A DNA stretch of 64,000 nt, from NCBI RefSeq assembly GCF_001194135.2, contig NC_068989.1, positions 28,396,914 to 28,460,913 on the forward strand, given 5' to 3'. Under the pieces are notes generated by a model, which was not told the origin of the DNA, made no database searches, and saw nothing but the letters and a program-made list of their open reading frames with translations. The position numbers were made by a program, and so were the translations under genes. Shown piece by piece: positions 41,033 to 53,739 of this stretch. Source of the DNA: Octopus bimaculoides. Lineage: Eukaryota. Numbering within the stretch: position 1 is the first letter of the stretch; every line of letters begins with the position of its first letter.

Positions 41033-41257
41033 NNNNNNNNNNNNNNNNNNNNNNNNNNNNNNNNNNNNNNNNNNNNNNNNNNNNNNNNNNNNNNNNNNNN
41101 NNNNNNNNNNNNNNNNNNNNNNNNNNNNNNNNNNNNNNNNNNNNNNNNNNNNNNNNNNNNNNNNNNNNNNNNNNNNNNNNNNNNNNNNNNNNNNNNNNNN
41201 NNNNNNNNNNNNNNNNNNNNNNNATATATATATATATATATCATATATATATATATA

Positions 41258-41258
<1 letters not shown>

Positions 41259-41335
<77 letters not shown>
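41259..41335. repeat. (TAT)n microsatellite
   Basis: Direct reading. Confidence 0.97.
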
Positions 41336-41336
<1 letters not shown>

Positions 41337-41399
41337 TCTAAATCTCTTAACAAGAGACATTCAGTAATAGTACTTTAAAGTAAAGACTATTTGCGAACA

Positions 41400-41600
41400 T
41401 AATGTGGCAGTCCCGGTTGGGACGAATGTTACTGTTGTTTAGCCTCAGCAAACACCGTACTCCAGCTGGCTATACGACACAATATCTGTGTCAATATATT
41501 TTGTAATAGTGGGGTTCAGCATCCCCACTCAGCACAAAGCAATATCTGCGGTTTCTGGGTTATCTTCCTTCCTCGGCACAGAATAACTGCTCGGCTAAGG
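41400..41600 (-). mobile_element. Diverged homologue of the 50.7-51.0 kb hammerhead element
   Basis: Collinear matches to the reverse complement of ~50810-51005: tgtggc...atgttactgtt...ttagcc, ctggc...cgacac...ctgtgtc, tttc.gggttat...ccttc.tcggc. Confidence 0.7.
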
Positions 41601-41726
41601 TATACACTATATATATACATATGCTTGCATATTTATGTGTGTATGTATGTGCGTATTATACTATATATGCATATGCATGTATATCTATATATATGTGTGT
41701 GTATGTATATGTGTGAGTATGTGTAC

Positions 41727-41765
<39 letters not shown>

Positions 41766-43289
41766 GAAAAGAGACTTTTGTTGCAATATTTTTTCCTTCA
41801 GGTGTAATATCGGATTATATCGAATTGTATAAACGACAGAGTTCCGGATTAAATATCTTTGAATATTTAGTTTACCTTTATTTTCCTTACTTTTTTTTGT
41901 TTTTGTTAAGAGGTTTTTTTCTCTTATGTTTTGATTTCACTGTATTTGACTTTCCTTTCAAAATTTTGGCAAAACAAATTTCAGTAATGTAATGTGCTGA
42001 CACATAAAATCAATATTTGATTTCAGCTGTTGTTAATTATTGGAAGGTATTTTTCATGACAACATTACAAAGTCTGTGGGTTGATTCAATTTATTTTCTA
42101 GTTACGAATTTCGTTAATTTATTGTGATGTTGTGACTCCGAGCAATCGCAATTGAGAGATGATAGTGAAATGTGAATTGATTTTCATTAGTTTAATGTAT
42201 GTACACAGATGGTGGTTAACTGAAGATCAAGTATTTATATTAATATTAATGAAGATACCAGATGCTTATAGAAAATTTGGCTGGTTATAACTGTTTAACC
42301 TACGACAAATTTGATCAGGTGGACCTATGATCAAAAACCATTCAAAATGCTACCATCCACTCGCTTTTTTTTTTTTTTAGACATAATATATCTAGGACTG
42401 CATTATACGATGTGTTCTTTCTTTCAGAAAATAGGGAGTGTTTTGAGTGAGCCCATGTAGAAGATCCATTTTGAGTCGATAAAGTAGAGTTTTATGGAGA
42501 CAGATGTAACCAGGAGCCCTCAATTTAGCAGCTAATAGTAAGTAAGGCGAGAAATAGAGAAGCTACCAGCGAAAAGTTTGGTAATATTTGTTTATAGATC
42601 AGACTTTTCGTCGAAGAGGAGATAATATAAAGATCTCAAACTCGGGGAGTCAATGTGATGTAAATATACCTGTTCGGTTAAAAGGATAACTTTTGGAAGC
42701 TAAGTCCGATTTCGTGGTGAAAAGCTATTTGTTTGTTTTATGGTGTTAAGAAATCGGGTGAAAAATATTAATAATCAATGATTTTTAAAAAGCTATATCG
42801 ATTAAGTCAGAGGAGAGAGAGCAACTCTAATTACCCTTTTCCAGGGAGTCCGAGACTGGTGAGCGCAAGGGATGAGGTTGTCCTCAGACTGGAGACTTGG
42901 TCCTAATACCTGAAATATCGGTGACTCAATTAAAAGGACTAGTCGAGGGAGTTAAACTAGGTGAGAAATAAGTAAATCTGCAACTTAAAACGATTCGGTA
43001 CCTATTCCAAATAGTTCGGTGAATTGAACCAATGTGTAAAATAAAATAGTCAGCCCAGAAACAAAATTGAACGCCTATATTCGATTTAAACAGAAGTCCC
43101 GTGAATCGATAATCTTCCTTATCGACTGTATATATCGACTGTATTGTCATTAATAACTGAATTTAAACAGGTACGAAAGTGGTCTTTCTTTGATATAGGG
43201 TCCCTCGCGAATTGATAATTACAAAGTTTCATGCATCATAAAGGAAGACATTTTAGGGACAATGGAGTCTATGACAAAACAGTATCTGG

Positions 43290-43332
<43 letters not shown>

Positions 43333-44432
43333 CATGTTGAACGTGGATACACAATGAGAAGGAAGACAAAAATTAAGGCAGATGGGGTGACACTTTTTGT
43401 TAGACATGTGAAGGATTGAATAAAATTTTATAGTGAAGTTGCTCAAAATAGTAATTTATGTTGCGACTGATACCCTAACAATGATTTTGTATGTCTTCTC
43501 TCTCTCTTCCTTTCGCTCCCTTCCTCTCCCTCTCTTTCTAACTCTCTCTCTATCTCTCTATCTATCTATCTCCCTCCCTCTCTCCTTCTCTCTCTAGAAT
43601 TTATTACATTGTTTACGGTAAACATTAAGATAAAATAAACGGAGGCGAGAGCGGAAGTTCGTGTGAGGTTATGCTTGCATGAGAGGTTAAGCAGTGATGA
43701 ATTGGAAACAAAACGGTGGTTAAATCCAGTTTCTTTATCCGGAAAAGTACTATTTACGGAGCTGTGCTGATTGAGGAGTATCAGGTGCAAAGATTCTGTG
43801 AAGTTATGAGAAAACTTCTTAAAAAGAGTCCAGAAATTCTGACTGTAATCCGGGAGGTGGGAGATATTTCAGGCTATGGGATGCAGAAAGGCGTTGCTTT
43901 TGTAGTAGTCACTGTGTAGGAGTTGCATTGATTTATGACAGTGTGTAATTTTCTCCAAGTGTTATGGACTCAATTCAGGTGTGAGTGAGTTACTCGGGGA
44001 GTTGGAGTTTGGGTTGTAACCTATCTTAGCTGTGTAGAGGATATGAAGGGAAAAAATAACCAGAGTTGGTATTGGTTGCCTTCAAACTATGATGTCAGAA
44101 AAAAACAGCAAAAGGTTTGTCAAAACTGGCATAAAAAGAACAGAATCCCGACCAGATTGATGTCTAGAGGAAGTAGAGTTTCAGGGCAGAGGCTAAGACC
44201 ATTATAGTGGGTTGCCTTGATTAGGCATTAATCAGGCGAGACAGTGAGAATGGTTAAAAGCTGAGCAAAGGCGGGATTTTACTCCTTCTTTATATCTGTG
44301 CGTGTGCGTATACATTATTCTTTCTCTTTCTTTAGGTCTTTATCTTTCTTTCTAAAGCGAAATATGTATGCTCCACCACGTGCTCGCGCAATACACACAT
44401 GCACACACCCACACGCACACATACACACACAA

Positions 44433-44463
<31 letters not shown>

Positions 44464-45199
44464 CACATACACACACACACACAAATTACATACACATATG
44501 CACATATTCCTCTAACAATAAGCAACAGTCTCGCTCACATAAGACACAAAATTATATTGGGCATGATTATTTTTGTCTTTTCATATTTGTACACAGCTTC
44601 ACTATTAATAATAATATAGTTCTTTCCTTTATTTATTTTGCTTCTTTATTGATTATCTTTATTTTTTTCTTTATTTCGTTTCTTTATTTCCTTACTTCAT
44701 TTATTTTGTTTCTTTATTTCTTGTCTTTATTTCGTTTCAATGTGTTATTTTTGAACCACATGAATACTTCAATAATACACTGAAAACAAATGAAATAATG
44801 AGAATACTCGGATTTTTTTTTCTATACTTTTTTTTTTTCAAGAATGATCATTTTTGGCAAAATAAACAAATCTAATAACTCCTAGGTGTGTCATATATTA
44901 CAAATGACCTTTTATTAAAAAAGAGAACATTCAAATATTTCATGAAATAAAAGATTAAATATCTGAGGATATTCAATCATTAGGTTATAAAATATTTCTA
45001 TATTACCATTTAAAAGAAAACAAAAATATGCTAATTCAATGGACGTTAATTCAGCTGAACAAATCATCATCTGTGTTGCTACATATTATTTTAGATTTGT
45101 GCTGTTGTATAAGATTCCCTTACGTCGATTATTTGTTTGTTACATTACATACATATTTGTTATAACACAGACGCACACACGCAATCAGACAAACACAAA

Positions 45200-45320
45200 C
45201 ATACGTCCGCGTGTGCGTGCGTGTCTGCGTGCGCGTGTGCGTGCGCGTGTGCGTGCGCGTGTGCGTGCGCGTGTGCGTGCGCGTGTGCGTGCGCGCGCAC
45301 ACGCACACACACACACACAT
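45200..45320. repeat. CpG-rich alternating purine-pyrimidine tandem (12-bp unit gcgtgtgcgtgc)
   Basis: Direct reading; about 7 units running into (CA)n. Confidence 0.9.
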
Positions 45321-45460
45321 GCATGTTGTAATTTTGCATTTGTCTGTCTTAAGTTTATATATTATGCTGCATCATGTTTCAATTTTTATGTTATAAAACG
45401 GTTTTACATTATTTTATAACAAGTTATATTTGTTGCATTGCGTTTCCACTATATATATCC

Positions 45461-45640
45461 TTTTACTTGTTTGAGTCATTTGACTGCGGCCATGCTGGAG
45501 CACCACCCCTAGTCGAACAAACCAACCCCAAGACTTATTCTTTGTAAGCCTAGTACTTATTCTATCGGTCTTTTTGCCGAACCGTTAAGTTATCGGGACG
45601 CAAACACACCAACACCGGTATCACGCGATGGGGGGAGGCA
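45461..45640 (-). mobile_element. SINE family 1, 3' part
   Basis: Reverse complement of 7150-7340. Confidence 0.85.
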
Positions 45641-45799
45641 AACACAGATACACAAACATATATATATATATATATATATAGACACAAATAATCAGAACAT
45701 GGAGAAAACCTCAGATTAAGAAATACATCGATTGCACCACATTTATAGCTTATTCATTAATATACAAAGCATGACATAACAAATAAGTGACATATCAAA

Positions 45800-45911
45800 T
45801 CTTACGGCCGTTTCTGCATCCGTTGCCAAGCGCTTTCTAAAAATAATTGCGAAAATAAAATTCTTCATCTTCGTAGGACATTCAGAATAAGGCACGGAGC
45901 TTCATCAGAAT
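45800..45911 (-). ncRNA. Type-I hammerhead ribozyme motif with expanded stem II
   Basis: CTGATGA (45908-45902), long stem II, then GAAACGGCCGTA (45814-45803) with palindromic stem III and GUA cleavage triplet. Stem I is only ~2 bp. Confidence 0.6.
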
Positions 45912-46424
45912 AAAAAACAAGGGTCTCCAATATAAACAAAAGGAAGAAGGAATAGGAAAGAAAACATGGCCTAGAAAAGAAGTCTAAAAGCCCAATATAT
46001 TAAAAGCATATAATCTACCATTCTTTTCAATTTAAGGTGGGGGTGCCAAGGTAGGATTCTCGCTAATATTTCTGTGAGTAAACTTTCTTATGGTAATGTT
46101 TTGGATACATTTACTTGAGTTTCCTTCGTTAGCATAGATACTGCCCTTTGATAATCTTGTTTCCTTATATATTTCTTTTGATAACCGCTTTCCTTAAATT
46201 TTAAAACTTCTTGCCCCCCACCCTTAAATTGAAACTACCTCCTGTAAATAAATTGTAGTATTCCCTCGACCATTGCTAGCTCACTCTTTTACCTACGGAC
46301 CTCGTAGCCCCAAGATGGTAGATTATATGCTTTTAATATATTGGGCTTCTAGACTTATTTTCTACGCCATGTTTACTTTCCTATCCCTTCTTCCCTTTGT
46401 TTATATTCGATGCTCTTGTTTTTC

Positions 46425-46536
46425 ACTCTGATGAAGCTCCGTGCCTTAATTCGAATGTGCTACGAAGATGAAGAATTTTATTTTCGCAATTATTTGTAGA
46501 CAGCACTCGGCAGTGGATGCAGAAACGGCAGTAAGA
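46425..46536 (+). ncRNA. Type-I hammerhead ribozyme motif with expanded stem II (second copy)
   Basis: CTGATGA (46428-46434) ... GAAACGGCAGTA (46522-46533). Confidence 0.55.
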
Positions 46537-46862
46537 TTTGTTACGTCACCTATTTGTTATGTCATGCTTTGTATGTTAATAAATAAGCTATAAATGTGGT
46601 CCAATCGATGTATTTGTAAATCAGAGGTTTTCTTCATTTTCTGATTATTTGTATTTGTTTCCTGATAAACTCTTGTTTATCCTGTTGTTACCTGCACTCT
46701 ATGAGCATAGTGCGCCTGCACGCCAATGCCCGGGGATAACACGGGTAACGGATACTGATGGTACATACGGATATTTTATTCGTTAGTCGGTTATTACAAC
46801 CGCTAACTTTATTTACACTATATATATATATGTATATATATACATACATACATACATACATA

Positions 46863-49241
46863 CAGTGATGCCTCGCAGTACGAGTTTAATTCGCTCCATG
46901 ACCGAGCTCGTCTTACGATTTTCTCGTTTTATAGATCAATTCTCTCCATTAAAATTAACTAAAATATAATTAATCCGTTCCAGCCTTTCAAAATCACTCA
47001 AAAACATTCTTAATGCCTATGGTTTTAAATCAGAAAAGGCGTAGTTACAAGTAAAATGACAATTATAAAAAAGAGAATTCAAAAGAAATATGTAAACTGG
47101 TTTTATTAAGTGAATTACCTTAAAGATGGGACGATTTGTGCGCGAGGAAGATGATGGAGCGGGAAGGAGGGAATTACTGTTTGGAGGGAGATTCTCCTCC
47201 CATTAAGACTTCAGCAAGAACAATTTCTGGCGTTTTCTCTCTCGCTTCGCTTAATTTAGCCTTTTTGGACACACTTTCTTCACTTTTTACACTTGCGGGT
47301 CGTTTCATTAGATATATATCAAGAGAAGTCTGCTTTTTCTTGCCTTTCAAAATGTTGCGAAAATGCGCCAGAGGAGTGTCATTGAATAGAGCAGCTGCAC
47401 GACCTGTAGTTACCTCTTTCAGGATGATATTTTTCTACAGACTCAGAAACATACTGCCACTTTGCCATCACTGCCTTTATGTCACTCGTAGAGATAGCAT
47501 TCTCTGCTACACTGTCCTCCTCCGGGGAACCAATCTCTTCCACCGCATCTAAATCCTGCTGCTCCTGAAGCTGCAGGAGTTCATTTGTTGTCAGCTCCGC
47601 TGAGTGTTCCTCACCGAGAACGTTAATCTCCTCATCAACCTCGATGCCTATGGACTTGCCAAAAGATACTATCTCCTCGACTACAGGTGTCTCAAACTCA
47701 AACCCTTCGAAGTCTCTTTCGGATACGCGGTCAGGCCACAGTTTCTTTCATACATAATTCAGTGTTCTCCTCGTTACACTCTGCCAAGCCATATCGATTA
47801 TTTTCAGGCAGTTTACAATGTTGTAGTAGTCATTCCAAAACTCACGAAGGGTTAGATTTGTATTTTCGGTGACTTCAAAGCACCGATCAAACAGCTGTTT
47901 GGTGTACAATTTCTTAAAATTAGGAATCACCTGTTGGTCCATGGGCTGCAAGATAGGGGTGGTGTTGCACGAAAGGTAAAGAGCTTTTATAAATTTAAAT
48001 TCGTCCAGGATATCATCTTCGGGGTTAGGAGGGTGAGGAGGAGTATTGTCGGGGATGAGGAGGACCTTGAGAGGAAGATTGTTCTCCAGAAGGTACTTTT
48101 TCACTGCTGGTCTGACGACAAGGTTGACTTACTCAGAAAAGAATTGCCTGGTGACTCAGGCATTAACGTTTGCCCTCCACATGACCTGCAGCTACTCCTT
48201 CCAGATTTTGTGTGACTTGAACGCTCGTGAGTTTTCGGAATGGTAGACTAGGAGCAGCATAATCTTCAAGTCTCCACTCGCTTTGGCACAAAGGACGTGA
48301 GTTAGCCTATCTTTCATAGGCTGGTGGTCTGGCATTTTCTTCTCCTCTGCAGTTATGTAGGTTCTTCTGGGCATTTTTTTCCAAAAGAGGCCAGTTTCAG
48401 CTGAATACCTGATGTGCGACGTACCCCTCAGCTGCGACGAGCTGACGGAATTCACGCACGAAATCTTCAGCTACCTTCATGTCAGAACTCGTTACTTCTC
48501 CATATCTGACAACGCTATGAACACCAGTCCTCTTCTTGAAATTATCAAACCAGCTGCGACTGGCCTTAAATGCGTCTGCCGATGTCTCCTGCGTCGATGT
48601 TCCAGGGTTCTACTTCAGGAGATCCCCATACATTACTCGTGCTTTCTCGCAGGTGATGGTCTCCGTAATCGTATCCCCTGTGAGTTGCTTCCTGTTAATC
48701 CACAGAAGCAATTTTTCCATCCTTTCGTGGACAGATGTGCGTTGCTTAGAGAGCCTGGAGACACCTTTTGCTGTTGTAACGTCCTTGATCTCGTCCTTTT
48801 TCTTCAGGATGGTACAAATCGTCGACGTGCTTCGGACAATTGACATGCCATGCTCACAACACGCACTCCTCTCTCATGTTTACCAATGATTTTCTTCTTC
48901 AATTCTATCGCAATCAGCTTTTTCTTCTTAGCATTATCCTTTGCACTAACTTTCTTAGGACAAATGGCTAACACAGCTAATTATTATAAAATGCTAACGA
49001 AAAATGCACAAAACGAAACAAAAACACTGGGAAAAACACAACAGAGATACTGCCAGGAGATAAACTCATGAACTGAGCGAGCGGAGACCGCGCCTGTTGG
49101 GAGAGCGTGCGCGAGCTCAGCGCTGGCTACCGGTCGTTTGTAAGAAACTCGCTCGTACTGCAGATTTCCGCTCATACTTCAAGACAAAAATTCGCACGAG
49201 TCTCGGCTCGTACAGCAATTACTCGTACAAGGGGGCACTTG
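46863..49241 (-). mobile_element. Near full-length decayed Tigger/pogo element
   Basis: STICTILKKKDEIK...RMEKLLLWINRKQ, ETGLFWKKMPRRTYITAEEK, KVLLIPDNTPPH...NTTPILQPMDQQVI. TA|cagtgatgcctcgcagtacgag at the left end; degenerate inverse at the right end. Confidence 0.92.
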
Positions 49242-49248
49242 TACTGCA

Positions 49249-49378
49249 CCTAATCCACTCACAAAGCTTTGGTCGACCCGAGGCAATAGTAGAAGACACT
49301 TGCCCAAGGTGCCACGCGGTGGGACTGAACCCGGAACCATCTGATTGGAAAGCAACCTTCTTAACCATACAGCTACAT
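49249..49378 (-). mobile_element. SINE family 1, 5' part
   Basis: Reverse complement of 6960-7090. Confidence 0.8.
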
Positions 49379-49846
49379 AGACGTGTGTGCGCCTGCATGT
49401 ACGTATATGTATGCATAGATATATATATAATTACGTTGTCAAATATTTTTTCCTGAGAATATAATATAAATGTGGCGAATACCACAGAGCCAAAGGCAAA
49501 AGCAATCTGATACCACAATGCAATTTTCAAAATCTCAGAGTGAAGCCATTTCAGTTTACTTAATTAATATACATTACATTATTTTCAATTCATTTTATTT
49601 TTTGAAAATATAATATTATGTTATAATATATTATGTAATATGTCATGTGATATATTAAATTTCTTTAATCATTGTTGCTTTGGTTTTTCACTCATACCAG
49701 AAACATAAAGTCTTTCATTGTTTATTTCAACCCAGTCATATGTTTGCACAATTGCCATTTCAATTCAATTTTGACTTCCTCTCTCTGTCATCTTCCTTCA
49801 TTTTCTCTTTCTCTCTCTCTATCTCACCAAACACAAACACACACAC

Positions 49847-49884
<38 letters not shown>

Positions 49885-49887
<3 letters not shown>

Positions 49888-50025
49888 ATATACAAGAAAT
49901 GAGGGCAGGGAATCGTCAATTAATAATAGAATTAACAATTAACAATTTTGCCAAGTAGTTCAGTATGAAATAAACCTTTATCGGTAAGACCATTTATCAT
50001 CATAAATATAAGGGATTAGCAATTG
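49885..50025. repeat. Dispersed repeat shared with 1732-1800
   Basis: agggcagggaatcgtcaattaataatagaattaa is present at both loci, after (TA)n and before a gap. Confidence 0.85.
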
Positions 50026-50662
50026 NNNNNNNNNNNNNNNNNNNNNNNNNNNNNNNNNNNNNNNNNNNNNNNNNNNNNNNNNNNNNNNNNNNNNNNNNNN
50101 NNNNNNNNNNNNNNNNNNNNNNNNNNNNNNNNNNNNNNNNNNNNNNNNNNNNNNNNNNNNNNNNNNNNNNNNNNNNNNNNNNNNNNNNNNNNNNNNNNNN
50201 NNNNNNNNNNNNNNNNNNNNNNNNNNNNNNNNNNNNNNNNNNNNNNNNNNNNNNNNNNNNNNNNNNNNNNNNNNNNNNNNNNNNNNNNNNNNNNNNNNNN
50301 NNNNNNNNNNNNNNNNNNNNNNNNNNNNNNNNNNNNNNNNNNNNNNNNNNNNNNNNNNNNNNNNNNNNNNNNNNNNNNNNNNNNNNNNNNNNNNNNNNNN
50401 NNNNNNNNNNNNNNNNNNNNNNNNNNNNNNNNNNNNNNNNNNNNNNNNNNNNNNNNNNNNNNNNNNNNNNNNNNNNNNNNNNNNNNNNNNNNNNNNNNNN
50501 NNNNNNNNNNNNNNNNNNNNNNNNNNNNNNNNNNNNNNNNNNNNNNNNNNNNNNNNNNNNNNNNNNNNNNNNNNNNNNNNNNNNNNNNNNNNNNNNNNNN
50601 NNNNNNNNNNNNNNNNNNNNNNNNNNNNNNNNNNNNNNNNNNNNNNNNNNNNNNNNNNNNNN

Positions 50663-51027
50663 GCAATATACTACACTTTATCGTGCAGTTACTGTTAATA
50701 CTTCATTTAGAGAATTAACATTGCTTGTTTTCACCTTTTCGATATCAGTGAAGAATTTCACTGGAAAAGTAGATATAAGATTGCCAAGATTTTGTCTCTC
50801 TCACCAAGGATCAGTGGCTATCGAACGCCGACGAAGGGAAATAACCCTGAAATCCGGATCCGTTCGTGCTACAGATCATGGTGAGAGGGATAACTTCCCT
50901 TGGCAAACAGGACACAGTAGTGTGTCGATAAGCCAGCAGGAGGAGATGTCCTCCTGGGGCTAAAAGTAACAGTAACATCCACCCCTAGGGGTCAGCCACA
51001 CTTAAGTGGCAATATACTACACTTTAT
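50663..51027 (+). mobile_element. Retrozyme-like 346-bp unit with terminal redundancy
   Basis: 19-bp direct repeat gcaatatactacactttat at 50663-50681 and 51009-51027, internal hammerhead fold and several long-range helices. Confidence 0.65.
50822..50866 (+). ncRNA. Minimal type-I hammerhead ribozyme fold (U4C core variant)
   Basis: Stem I cgaacg/cgttcg (6 bp), core CCGACGA, stem II aggg/ccct, GAAA, palindromic stem III ATCCGGAT, predicted cleavage after C50860. Confidence 0.75.
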
Positions 51028-51727
51028 ATATATAAATATATTTATATATATATACATACATACATACATACGTGTGTGTGCATGCATGTATGTATGTATG
51101 TGTATATATACACGTATATATTAATAATGAATGACAAGCGATTAGGTGTTACATAATCAATTTCATTAGCTTACGGCTGTTTCTCCAATAATAAACCGTG
51201 CACCCAGGACAGAGTACTCATGCAATATGTTATAACTAGCTCAGAGACATGTATGTATGTATGTATGTATGTATATATGTAAGTGCGTGTATGCATGTAT
51301 GTATGTGAGTGAGTGCGTGTGTGTGTGCGTATGTATATCCAAGCTCCCACCCAAAGACCTAACCCTCAGGCAAATACAGGAGCACGTCCTCAAAAATGAA
51401 ACATCCCCAGTATAAATAGAAAATATACGTAGTAGGTAATCATACTCCCATACCCACAGTTTATATTTATATACAGGTACAATAGTTTGTGGGCTGTTAT
51501 GTAGATGTATGTATGTGTGTGTATACGTATATGCATATGCACATGTATGTAGGCAAATGAATATGAATGTAAACAGATAAACATACAGACGGATAGGTAC
51601 ATAGGTAATATGAACAGAGAAGCACATATATACACACACATACACTTCACTTCACACAAGGACACATATGGAGACACACATCCATACATACATACATACA
51701 TACATACATACACACACACACATACAT

Positions 51728-51760
<33 letters not shown>

Positions 51761-52591
51761 TACATACATACATACATACATACATACNNNNNNNNNNNNN
51801 NNNNNNNNNNNNNNNNNNNNNNNNNNNNNNNNNNNNNNNNNNNNNNNNNNNNNNNNNNNNNNNNNNNNNNNNNNNNNNNNNNNNNNNNNNNNNNNNNNNN
51901 NNNNNNNNNNNNNNNNNNNNNNNNNNNNNNNNNNNNNNNNNNNNNNNNNNNNNNNNNNNNNNNNNNNNNNNNNNNNNNNNNNNNNNNNNNNNNNNNNNNN
52001 NNNNNNNNNNNNNNNNNNNNNNNNNNNNNNNNNNNNNNNNNNNNNNNNNNNNNNNNNNNNNNNNNNNNNNNNNNNNNNNNNNNNNNNNNNNNNNNNNNNN
52101 NNNNNNNNNNNNNNNNNNNNNNNNNNNNNNNNNNNNNNNNNNNNNNNNNNNNNNNNNNNNNNNNNNNNNNNNNNNNNNNNNNNNNNNNNNNNNNNNNNNN
52201 NNNNNNNNNNNNNNNNNNNNNNNNNNNNNNNNNNNNNNNNNNNNNNNNNNNNNNNNNNNNNNNNNNNNNNNNNNNNNNNNNNNNNNNNNNNNNNNNNNNN
52301 NNNNNNNNNNNNNNNNNNNNNNNNNNNNNNNNNNNNNNNNNNNNNNNNNNNNNNNNNNNNNNNNNNNNNNNNNNNNNNNNNNNNNNNNNNNNNNNNNNNN
52401 NNNNNNNNNNNNNNNNNNNNNNNNNNNNNNNNNNNNNNNNNNNNNNNNNNNNNNNNNNNNNNNNNNNNNNNNNNNNNNNNNNNNNNNNNNNNNNNNNNNN
52501 NNNNNNNNNNNNNNNNNNNNNNNNNNNNNNNNNNNNNNNNNNNNNNNNNNNNNNNNNNNNNNNNNNNATATATATATATATATATATATAT

Positions 52592-52790
52592 CGAGTCATT
52601 CCATAAATAATGTGATTTTTCAATTGTATGAATTAAAAGTCGGAGGGGACGGGATAAACAACCTGCATCTGTCAACTGGAAAATTGTACTATCAACATTG
52701 TACTTACCAGGTGCAGCTAAGAATATTCTACTTCCTGATGTCTTCTCCCATCCTTATTCTATCAGTCTCTTCTGCTGAACAGCTAAATTA
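52592..52790 (+). mobile_element. mariner 5' terminal fragment (family of 35338-36229)
   Basis: gagtcattccataaataatg...aaaagtcggaggggacggga matches the reverse complement of 36140-36226. Confidence 0.8.
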
Positions 52791-52935
52791 CCGGGACTCA
52801 AACGCACCAGCATCGGTTGTCAAGCAATGGTGGTGGTGGTGGTGGTGGGACAAACAAAGACATAGGCACACACACACATACATACATACATACATACATA
52901 CATACATACATACATACATACATACATACATACAT

Positions 52936-53560
<625 letters not shown>

Positions 53561-53739
53561 TTAAAAATATAGAAAGAAAAAGACAACGTTGTATTCCGAA
53601 GCCAAAGGATGTTCTTTAACTGAGGTGTAATTTTATAATGAAAACTAATTCAAAATTTAAATTTTGAAGCAAAACACTTACCACGTTTTTCGGTGTATGG
53701 CTGCAGTTGAAATGAGTTAAAACCAATGTGTGTATGTAT

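Larger units (their letters stand above)
45681..46780. mobile_element. Penelope-like element end with inverted pLTR duplication
   Basis: 45681-46021 and 46315-46652 are reverse complements, with an additional inner match 46028-46050 / 46210-46233. Both arms carry hammerhead cores. Confidence 0.75.
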
